A stretch of DNA of 62,879 nucleotides, filler included, from Octopus bimaculoides (Eukaryota): the NCBI RefSeq assembly GCF_001194135.2. It is 8 parts of 8 records of this genome, joined end to end, with 100 filler letters (N's around TTAATTAATTAA, not from the genome) between each part and the next. Parts side by side here need not be neighbours in the genome. Positions count along the whole stretch, not along the records: positions 1 to 28,601 come from NC_068992.1; 7 more parts are not named here. The stretch is one strand, 5' to 3'. The notes under the pieces are model-generated. The model saw nothing but the letters and a program-made list of their open reading frames with translations. It had not been told where the DNA came from and ran no database searches. Made by a program: the position numbers and the translations under genes. Below, piece after piece: positions 1 to 10,699 of this stretch (its first letter is position 1; each line of letters opens with the position of its first letter).

Positions 1-2211
1 CTACACGTGTGCCCCACTACCCGACTTTGTTTCCTCATAACTCAATAGATTTTTTTTTTTTTACTGAAAGTTTCTGCAAGTATCTTAGAGATAGTACAGA
101 TTGCGATTATATCGGAATTTACTGGTAATGTGGAAAAGAAAAGAAAATTAGTGGGCGCGCACACATAGATCCTGATTTTAAGTTTCATTTTGTAAAATAA
201 ATGTCGCGGTATATACGTGTGCGAGCTCATCACTTTTTTCCCCTTTTTTTAACATTAAATTTCGATATAAGCATAAACTACATCATCTGAAAGGTGTCTA
301 TTTTATTAAAAGCAAAGTGTTTTATACTGATTTTCTTTAACAAATACACTGAGAGGTAGGGAGAGAAAAGAAGTGTGCACGCACGGATAAATTACAAATG
401 TAAATGTTTTCTTATGGCATTTGCACTTCTTAGTCGAATTATTTCTATATAAATTTTGTATCTAAACATTTTTGGGATACATTCTCCTAAAAGGTAAAAT
501 AAAATTTAAAAATTGTCAGTTATCTCCCTTCCATCTGCTAGCTAGAAAGTAAATTTCGGAGTTATTCCCGTCGCTCCAACAATTAAAAAAGGAATTCATA
601 TTAAGTGGCTTCAGACATGCTTTGAAATAGCTCATATTTACGACACAAGCCAATGGAACATCATTGCTGCACCTAGAGCAAATAGCAGCCAAATCTCTCT
701 CGAACCGCATCCTATCACAACCAGAGCACACGCTCTTATTAAAATAAGAGCCAATACACTAAATAATATACGTCTACATAAACTTACAAACACGAGTCAT
801 AGTTGAGATACTGCAGACCAGAGGTCAGACCTGAGACTAAACAAATGTGATGTTTGCTGCAGTATACATACTTCTTAGACCTGGATTCTAAACAGCAACT
901 GTTCAGGAAGGTCGCGATATTACGAAGACGTGCTAGGTGCATTTGAGGGAATTTGGTTGTTATTTCTAACGGATGGAACTCTCAGTGAAAAGAGTAATAA
1001 TATGATTAAAAAAAAAAAAAGCTGTGATATTTAACAAAATGTGCAAGGCAGTGAACTGGGAGAACCGTTAGGGCATCGGGGGAAAAATGGCTTGTGGCAC
1101 ATTTGTTCTGGGTCTTCACGCTCAGAGTTCAAATCCCTCGGAAGCCAACTTTGACTTTCATCGCTTCAGAGTCGAGAAAACGTAATACCAATAATTTACA
1201 GGAGTCGATTACATCGACAAAATCGCTCTTCTCAGAATTGTTGGATTTGTGCCTAAATCAGAAATCAAGAAATACCATATGTAATAATATCACAAATAAA
1301 ATATATGGTGTTAAATAATTAAATTGATATGGCTTTTATGATGAAAAACGATACGTCTGTCTCATACGAGTATTATACTGATTTGAAAAACTTTGAACCC
1401 AAAGGAAATTAGTTTAAAAATGCAAGGGAAATAACTCTAATTTTTGTTTTTGTGCGCCAAACATACTTCCCAACTATGTGGTTTGGGGTTCACTCCCACA
1501 GCGTAGCACCTTGGACAGGTACCTTCAGCTATATCCCCAGGCCAACCAAAAGCTTGTGAATAGATTTGGTAAACGGAAATTAATATATACATATAAGTTT
1601 GTTCGCCACCACACTTGACAACCAGTAGTGGTTTATTGACATCCTCATAGCTTAGCAGTTCAGCATAAGAGACTCATAATAATAAGTACTAGATCGATTT
1701 GTTTGATTAAATCCTTCAAGGCAATGCTCCAGCGTGACCACAGTCCAGTGACAGAAACAAGTAAAAGATACAAAATTCCTTTTGTTAATCAGTAAAGAAT
1801 GGAGACCAAAACTGACAAAGATGGAAATATTTGGCTGAAATGGTTGAATATGCAAAGAACTGTGAAGTTGGATTAGTGTGTTGTGTGGAGGCCACACTGA
1901 ATTGGAACATGCGATTATCTTAGGATAATCTTGGTTTAGTGTTGAAAAATTATGAATGGAAATGAAAAAGAAATGGGGAAAACAATTGAATCTCAGAGAC
2001 ATGTCTGGGCTGCTAAGGAATTTTCAGAAGCACAAACTTTCCTAAATAATCCTCTCCACTGTAGGCACAAAGCTTGGGCCTTATTTTATCAACCTTGAGA
2101 GGATGAAAAGCACTCAACATAAAGACAAAATGCCACTAAGCATTATGTCTGGCATGCTAACAATTCTGCCAGCTTACTGCCTTAAGTCTCATAAATAATA
2201 ACGAGTGAATA

Positions 2212-2595
2212 GCGCAGGAGTCGCTGTGTGGTAAGTAGCTTGCTTACCAACCACATGGTTCCGGGTTCAATCCCACTGCGTGGCACCTTGGGCACGTGTC
2301 TTCTACTATAGCCTCGGGCCAACCAAAGCCCTGTAAATGAATTTAGTAGATAGAAACTGAAAGAAGCCCGTCATTTATATGTATATATATGTATGTGTGT
2401 GTATATGTCTGTGTGTCTGTGTTTGTCCCTCCAACATCGCTTGACCACCGATGCTGGTGTGTTTACGTCCCCATAACTTAGAGGTTCGGCAAAGAAACCG
2501 ATAGAATAACTCCTGCGGTCGATTTGCTCGACTAAAGGCGGTGCTCCAGCATGGCTGCAGTCAAATGACTGAAATGAGTAAAAAGAGTGAGAGAG
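2212..2595 (+). mobile_element. tRNA-derived SINE, family A (representative copy)
   Basis: A-box-like GGAGTCGCTGTGTGGT and B-box GGTTCAATCCC (2264-2274), core GGCACCTTGGGCA.GTGTCTTCTACTATAGCC, internal (AT/GT)n. Other copies near 1450-1655, 12545-12670, 15600-15740, 16140-16465, 20025-20150, 23630-23760, 26415-26590, 31610-31765, 35400-35620, 54295-54440 and 60705-60815. Confidence 0.85.
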
Positions 2596-3224
2596 AGAGT
2601 AAAGAGAATATTTCTAGTGTTAAGGCCAAAAGACTGGCACCAAGAAAATAGCCAGTCAGCAGGTGTAAAGGAAAATATATTCCTACCCGCAGACTGAAGA
2701 ATAAAGATTAAGTAAATAGATAAGAAATTAGAGCAACAGCCAAAAGTATAAAATAAAGCCATAATAATAATAATAATAATAAGGCCAGCAATTTTAGGGG
2801 AGAGTCCTCAATACTTCACTGGTTCTTTATTTTATTGACTCCAAATGAACTGACTTCAGTGCGATTTGAACTCTGAAGGTAGAGCTGGAACAAATACCAC
2901 AAGGCATTTTTTCGCATGCACTAATTCTTGTAGTTCACTATAATAATAATAATAATAATAACAATCCTTTCTACTATAGGCACAAGGCTTGAATTTTGGG
3001 GAAGGGGGGGGGGCACTCGATTACATTGAGCCCAGTGCTCAACTAATACTCATTTTATCAAACCTAAAAGGATAAAAAGCAATGTTGGTCTTGGTGGAAT
3101 TTTGAGACAGTTATTTCAAATTCTGACACAAGACCAGCAATTTCAGGGAAGTGGGTAGGCACTTCTTGCTCGCTGCCTTAATAATAATAATAATAACAAT
3201 AATAATAATAATCCTTTCAACTAC

Positions 3225-4350
3225 AGGAGTCTGCCAAATGTTGAACCAGTTGAGGGACCAGCTACCCGAATCGATAGCACCCTGGTAGATAAAGTAATTA
3301 AGGATATAAAGTCAGGAAAAGCTCCTGGCCCATCAGGAATCACTGCTGAGATGCTTAAAATATCTGGTGGTGTGGGTTATGGTCTAATCACCCGTATTGT
3401 AAATCAGGTAGTTCACGAAGGAGTCATACCCAATGACTGGTGTAGCAGCACCATAGTCAACTGCTTTACAACGGTAAAGGTGATGCTTTAGATAGAAATA
3501 ACTACAGGGATATCAAACTACTGGATCAGGTGATGAAGGTCATAGAAAGGGTCATAGCTCAACTAATTAGGGAGAAAGTCTGCTTAGATGAGATGCAGTT
3601 CGGTTTTGTGCTGGGTAGAAGCACCACTGATGCTATATTCCTGGTATGGCAACTGCAGGTGCAATACCTAGCCAAAGTTAAACCCCTATATTTGGCTTTT
3701 GTTGACTTGGAGTAAGCCTCTGACAGGGTACCCCGATTCTTTATCTGGTGGGCAATGTGGAAACTAAGGATAGACAAGTGGTTAATAAGAGTTATACAGG
3801 GATGCTGTCAGTAAGGTAAGGGTTGGCAACGAGTATAGTGAAGAATTCAGAGTAGAAGTAGGGGTCCACCAAGGATCAGTCCTCAGCCCCCTCTTATTCA
3901 TCATAGTCCTCCAGGCAATAACAGAGGAATTCAAGACAGGCTGTCCCTGGGAGCTCCTCTATGCTGATGACCTTGCTCTCATAGTTGAATCATTACCAGA
4001 ACTAGAGAAGAAATTTCAGGTGTGGAAGCAAGGTCTAGAATCGAAGGGTCTTAGAGTCAATGTAGCAAAAACCAAAATTCTAGTAAGTAGGAAGGTGGAC
4101 AGATCACAAACCCCTTCAGGTAGATGGACTTGCTTGATCTGTAGAAAAGTTATAGTTAGAAACCCCATAAGATGTACCCAGTGTAAGCTATGGATGCATA
4201 AGAGGTGCAGCAACATCAAAGGAAGGTTAACTGGGATGATAGTTTTTGTGTGCAGCAGATGCACAGGGGCAATAAACATCAAAGATGGTCAGAAAACAGG
4301 TTCCATCACATACCAGGGGAAGAAACTAGAAGTAGTTGATAGCTTCCACA
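3225..4350 (+). mobile_element. RTE-clade LINE fragment (degenerate reverse transcriptase followed by a Cys/His-rich segment)
   Basis: QFGFV.GRSTTDAIF, LYLAFVDLE, GVHQGSVLSPLLF, LLYADDL; then C..C...C..C..W.H..C. Frameshifts and stops present. Confidence 0.92.
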
Positions 4351-6292
4351 TTCAAATATTCATCGTAATCATCAACATTAAAAATACTGAATATACATGT
4401 AATCCCACACTACAATTGTAAGATGTTTTCACTTTGTATATGTCATATTATTGTCAATAAATTGTTTTATTCATTGTCTTAATTTGCTTAAGAAATCGAA
4501 TAACAGGTTTTTTTTCACGTGTGTAATACAATCATATGTAAATTTTGTACAAGCCATGTCGATTGAAATATTTTCAAAATTTTTTTTGTTTTATTATTTT
4601 GATAAGGTTAGGCAGTTTAGGCCTTATCGTTTAGGCAAATTGAGACATAATACATAATACCGAAATTATGATTTTTTTAAGAGTAATTTTTTTAATTTTT
4701 ATAACTTTCTCATTATTATTATTATTATTATTATAAGACATGGAAGGAAATCAATTTCCCACCATGTGTAATATTTCTTTTAAAAAAGTTTAAGAGAGAG
4801 TACAAAAGGAAATCTTTCCTTTTTCCGGACGTCTATAAATCCTACTTCTATAAATCTGAACGGTGTTGTATGAAATATTAACATCGCCCGAAACGGAATT
4901 GGTTGGCATAGGGACTGTTAACATTTTTTTCGACACGTGTTGCTATCGTTTAATCCCAAGTTTGGAAAGACTTCCTCCCGTCCCCGATAGTTGAGGCAAA
5001 AACCTGCTACAGAGGCATTTTTGTAAACACACTAGAATAATTAAGAAAACGGCACATGTCATTTACAAAACAAAATTAGCAACTGTGAAAAACAAAAATA
5101 ATACTCTAGAGGTATTAAAATTTGACACATGTATCTCTCAGGAGTATGTCTTGTCATAAACTAGCTAGTGGTAAATATATAATTAACTAATTAGTAATGC
5201 CCCGTCTTATTCGTATTTATATAAAATATCAGCTGGGTGGAGAACTCATATAACCAAATACCTTCTTTGAAAGATATGCCCTTGTACAATAAACTACAGC
5301 CTACAACTTGAAACATTCGTTTTTATGTATCAAGATTATGGATGTCGTAAGGATGGTTTGAACACGAAACAACAGATAGCAAACTAAAGAAGAAGAGAGA
5401 AAGAAAAAAAGAAAACGTAAAGCACCAAGATTAGTTATCTCAACTGAGATTATTGTCTTAAAAATAATGATTCAATTTTTTGAGGGGTGAGCGAGGTCGA
5501 TTACATCGACCCCAGTGCTCAAATGCGAAGTCGGCAACGACAGTATTTGATCTCAGAACGTAAAGACCAGGAGGAAATACGGCTAAATATTTTGTGCAGT
5601 ACCTGAAGAAAAATGATTTCTAATTCTGTTGCATGGCTAACAATCTTGAAAGAAGGTGGTTAGTCGAATAAACCGATCCTCACTACTGGACTGATACTTC
5701 ATTCTGTCGATCTTGGAATGAAAGATAAACTTGACCTCAGAGAGATTTGAACTCAGAACTAAAGAGTAGGAATAAACACCGCAAAGTATTTCTTCGGCAT
5801 TTCAACAATTCTGCCAATAATATTGATAATTCATGCTAATCTTGACGAACGGTCGAAATCATTATTGTTGTTTAGCGCGGGGTCAGTCTTAACTGAAAGA
5901 GAACGAATCGTTGGTCAAAAAGTTCGACAAGTCAGTTCGATAAAATAAAGTCTTTAGGAATCGATAAAATAAAGTACCAGTCAAATCAATATAATCGATT
6001 CTGTACTCTACAATCAACATATAAAGTCTTGTATGTGAATTATTATTATTATTGTGTCGAGTAGGTAAATCGTTAGTCATAAAAGTTGTGACCATCCTGT
6101 CTATTACTCAGACACGTTTCCTTAGCCTTAGTAGGGTGTGATATAGCTACTATTTCTAGCAGGTGGAACAATCGCGTATTTGATTTGAAGTTTTGAAGCA
6201 TATTAGTGACATTCTAATTATTCTGAAGACATCATAAACAAGGATACGACTACACTATCATAATGATTTCTTACATTGATAGAATTACAGTA

Positions 6293-6339
6293 GAAAGGTT
6301 GGCACTATCATGCTATTAGCATGATAGTGCCGAAAGGTT
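6293..6339. repeat. 31-bp palindrome flanked by an 8-bp direct repeat
   Basis: GAAAGGTT[GGCACTATCATGCTA-T-TAGCATGATAGTGCC]GAAAGGTT. Confidence 0.92.
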
Positions 6340-6801
6340 TATTCGATGAAACCGGTAGTAGTATATGACAAGTCCTTATTTCAATATGATCTTGATGGGA
6401 TTTAAACTCAGGACATAAGGGAACCTGTTAATCTAGCATTCCGTTCCAACCACTCCAAAGTCGCACTAATAACTATCATTTCAAATACTGGTGAGAGTAT
6501 ATCGATGTAACTGATTATATCGTAACTAGTAATTACAGGTGTTTATTTTATTGATAGCCTTCTCAACATAATTCACACACAGGACCTCATATGTTGGTGG
6601 CAGAGTACAAAGTCGATCCCAGTATTTGACTGGTATTTTATTTTATCGATCGCGACACGCTATGATCTGAACTAAACACTGCAAAGCTTTACCAAATCTG
6701 CTTCTCCATCAACACAATAACAAAAACAATAATAAGAACAAGTATAGAAATAACAATAATAAATACTTTGCCTTTGGATGAATCTTGCTACGAATGTTTG
6801 G

Positions 6802-7746
6802 TCAGTGTTTAAGTGCCAATATACAAGCTATAACATAAAGAAGTCCAAAAATAAAATTCAACCGTGCCACTTTCCGAGGCAATTGTTCCAAGTGACGGTA
6901 ACGAAAATATCTCTCCAATTTAAAGGATTCAAACACGGTTAAGAGAGGTAGAAAATACCATTTGGAATAATGCAGTCCAAAGTAGACAAAGGCAATATAG
7001 GGCAGAAATAAAAGCATCACGAACAATATGTAGGAGCCAGTATGGCCCAGCAGAATGGCTAAGGTAACAATCCCAGCATCTGTATCACTTTCCATATGTC
7101 GAGTGTTATTGCAATGAAGGACTGCTTCAGCACTGATAGCTAAAGGGATGGCATAAAAAATGAGTTCGTTCGATAGTTCGCCGGTTTGTGAAAGAAAGGC
7201 GAACACGACTGTAAGGGGGCCAAAAGTGAGAAAGACTACCACGTCTCCGAGAGCAATGTACTTCAGTCCAAGACCACCAGTGTAAAGGAAACTTCCGGAT
7301 AAACCTCCGAAGTAAATAAGGGCCAAGTGCTCCATGCGGGCAGGAGAAATATAGGTAAGCAACAAAAATCCACAGCATCCCAACACGTAGGACAACCCTC
7401 CCAGCCAAGCAATGTCACCCGGCATCAACACAGAATCGACCAATGTTTTGTGGTTAGCATCTTTCTTTTTCTTAGTGTCGATTCCTCGAACATAATCGAC
7501 GTACGTGTTGACAAGATTTCCAGCAGCATGGACAGAAAGGGCAGTGAGACAGGTGACCAAAGAGATGAGAAGGCTAAATTCGGCATGCTCCATATAGGCA
7601 AGGGCGCTGCCTAAAGCAACTGGGGTAAAAGAAGATGTGAAAGACCATGGTCGAAGTGCTGCTAAGTATTTAGACAATTCCTGTGAAAGAGAAGTTTTCT
7701 TGAGATGACACTTGTTTCCTTCTTTAGCATGGCTATTGTTTTGCAT
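6802..7746 (-). CDS. UBIAD1: UbiA prenyltransferase domain-containing protein 1 (UBIAD1/heix family), single coding exon, 314 aa
   Basis: Uninterrupted ORF from ATG at 7746 to TGA at 6802; the ORF track's start at 7749 is a GTG. Family motifs: LRPWSF, HAAGNLVNTYxDYxxGID, GLSGSFLYTGGLGLKYIALGD, LHCNNTRxMESDxxAGIVTLA, plus multiple hydrophobic TM segments. Confidence 0.96.
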   Translation of the reverse strand: MQNNSHAKEGNKCHLKKTSLSQELSKYLAALRPWSFTSSFTPVALGSALAYMEHAEFSLLISLVTCLTALSVHAAGNLVNTYVDYVRGIDTKKKKDANHKTLVDSVLMPGDIAWLGGLSYVLGCCGFLLLTYISPARMEHLALIYFGGLSGSFLYTGGLGLKYIALGDVVVFLTFGPLTVVFAFLSQTGELSNELIFYAIPLAISAEAVLHCNNTRHMESDTDAGIVTLAILLGHTGSYILFVMLLFLPYIAFVYFGLHYSKWYFLPLLTVFESFKLERYFRYRHLEQLPRKVARLNFIFGLLYVIACILALKH

Positions 7747-7749
7747 CAC

Positions 7750-8297
7750 TTCAGTATAATTTTTCAGTTGGTGTAAGCTTTTTTGACACGGTCTTATTGA
7801 GAGTTACCACAAGCAACAGCGGCCCGCTTTCTAGCGATGATGATCCGCGAGAAACATACTAAATGAGGCGAGGGAGAGAACTACAAGTGGTGTGAATGTA
7901 TAAAAATGTGGAATAAGGAATAAACGAAAGACGAAAACGAAAAAATAAATGTCAATTTAAATAAAATTGATAAATTAATAATTAAACAGATAAAAGATGT
8001 AATATTTATTATTATTAGAGTCAACTATATTTAAAATATATTAATCACGAATTTGAGTAATGTTTAATGGAAGAGTCAACGCAGCGTGTTTATATAATAT
8101 ATATGCATGTATGTGTATGTATATGCGTATCAATGTGTGTTTGTATGTCTGTGAAATGGGTGTGTATGTGAGAAACTCGCCAGATTGCTATGATATATTA
8201 TATAAATATTTATAAGTATTTCTGATAATACGTTGATTTTTTTTGTTTCGTGTGCATGTGCGAATCTGTTCATTTATGTACATGGGCGTACGTGTGC

Positions 8298-8328
<31 letters not shown>

Positions 8329-8600
8329 CGATCCCATTTGCACATGAACAGTTTCTTGCATACAAACACACCCACACATACATACATACACATATACTCA
8401 TTTATTATTTGTTTTATATATATATATACATATATATATATTTATGTAGAAGTGTGTGTTTGTGTACGGGCGCACACATATTTCTTTGAATTATTTAATA
8501 TATATGTGTAGCAATAATCTCGTATAAACGAGAGCTTGAACGAAGGAGTGTATGTATATGTGTGTGACTTCCAGACGAGATCTCCCATTAATCTATGGTG
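7750..8600. promoter_or_regulatory. Candidate shared (bidirectional) promoter region between UBIAD1 and MTOR
   Basis: Divergent gene starts. CpG-rich patch at about 7815-7875 in otherwise CpG-poor DNA, containing CGCGAGA (7846-7852) and ACTACAA (7880-7886). (GT)n(GC)n tract at 8288-8330. TSS positions unknown. Confidence 0.45.
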
Positions 8601-8747
8601 CAGGTAAACAAGGCAGCTGTATGCAATGTGTAACATTCATAGAAGCCTTTTAACACAACCGCCTTCCGATCACAAAGTTTATTTATCATTTCCTGGGGAA
8701 TATTCAACTCAGATATGTTAATTTGGACGACATGGGAGATCTTTAAG
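8560..8747 (+). other. Candidate non-coding 5' UTR exon of MTOR
   Basis: MTOR coding exon 1 has an acceptor upstream of its ATG, so an upstream exon must exist. AAG|GTAAGC at 8747/8748 is a strong donor near the putative promoter. The 5' boundary is a guess. Confidence 0.3.
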
Positions 8748-9580
8748 GTAAGCTTTTGTTTAGTAAATGGTTAATAAATGTTCCATCTCTGCTTGATTTC
8801 AATGTACATTTCACCCTGTTCCCATTTAAAAGAAAGAGATAAGAAGATTATTTAAAATATACTCTTTAATGGCAAATTTTTAATAATTATTTTTACCATT
8901 TAGAAAGACAAGCCTGCATTCATGCCGATGTTCTTTATCCATGCTGCATTAATTATTTTAGATGATGTTTCAAGAAAAGAAAAGCTGAACCATTTATAAG
9001 AGAAAAACAACAAAACCATTTTTATTAATGTTATCATCATCAGCATTATTATTATTATTATTATTATTTCGTGTTTTCGGGGTTCGTGAAATAAGTACCA
9101 GTTGAGAGCACTGGTGTCGATCGCAATCCGTTATCCTCCTCCCACTAAGAATCTTAGGCTTTGTGCCAAAACTAGAATGAATAATAGAGAAACTATTATT
9201 ATTATTAGGAACTGTCGGAAGTCTTTTCCACTGTCTGTCTTTATTGGGTTATAAAAATTTAGGAACCACAAAATAATCGATCTCGTTGCTATTCCCTCGT
9301 CATTTGCATATTCAAGATTCCTCCTTAAATTTTTCGCTGCTTGCTGCGGCTTTCACAGATGACTGACACTATATATCCACACATGCACACACACACACAC
9401 TATTATGCACTCAAAGAAACCTGCTAGAAATAGCAAACGAATTCCCCTTAAATCACACCCTACTGTATTCTTTAAAATAGAGCTATATTAATGTAGTCCT
9501 GGATACGCTCTGACCAGAAAAAAAAAAAGAATGCCTTTCATTATAGGCGTGTTCTATTAGGGTTAATCAGAGAATAAACT

Positions 9581-9645
<65 letters not shown>

Positions 9646-10011
9646 CATACATACAGGAGTTCCTTGATGTGCTGGAAATAGCAGCCAAATTTCCCTCGAA
9701 TTACTAATTAAAAAAAAATATTATATTGGGACATTGTATTTCGGGTAATGCATCTCTGGATACGTTAGTATTAAAGAGAGAGAAAAAGACTAGATTGTTA
9801 CAGCTGAAATGCTTTTAATTGTAGACGTGCCCTATCAATTTCTAACCTGGGGGTTAAACAATACTCACACACATACATGCGTGTGTGTCTATGTTCAGTG
9901 CTTCATTAAACCTGACATTCAAAGCACCATCGGGGTCGGCTTTGCTTTAATATGCAAGTGAACTACAAGCAGTGGACTCCAATAACTTCATCTTTAACAT
10001 AGTGTGTGTAA

Positions 10012-10047
<36 letters not shown>

Positions 10048-10655
10048 CCCCCCTCCCTCCACTTTTAACAGTGGATTTGCTTCAGCTTTCGTGAACAAAA
10101 ACCGTACAAAAATCAAAAACTCAGAATGCGAAAAATAAAAACATGTCGCAAATTAAATAATTATCATTATTTTGTCTATTTTGAAAGTCTTCTTGAATGA
10201 CATAAATATCACTTTTTTTCCTTTCCCTATAAATATGAGACCTTTAACCTACGCAAGAAATGATTTATATAAACACACACATCTCGTACAAGAATTTTCT
10301 GTTTGTGTTTTCGATTTCAAACTTTGAAATTTGAGTTTTATGTTACTTATTATGTCGGGGTTTAATATCATTTCTTTTCACTTGCGTCACTAACGCTAGG
10401 GAGAACGGCGTAAACATCATCAAATATTCGCATCTCTCTCTCCCGTTTCTGAGATATTATGTTCATGTGAGAAATATTCCATTATGTTATGGCTTACAGA
10501 TAGAAGTGGTTGTCTGTGTACGTATCCACATGCAGATACATCATACATTTATATACATACTTGTATACAACATGCGCACATGCGATATATGCACTCCTAC
10601 ATAACACATTCACGCACTAATATAAATTATATATATATATGTGTGTAAATATCGG

Positions 10656-10699
<44 letters not shown>

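Noticed and set aside
2212-2285. tRNA gene
   Set aside because: A/B-box head continues into SINE body sequence found in many diverged copies; no cloverleaf is evident.
7127-7614. ORFs overlapping UBIAD1
   Set aside because: Shadow frames of a real coding sequence.
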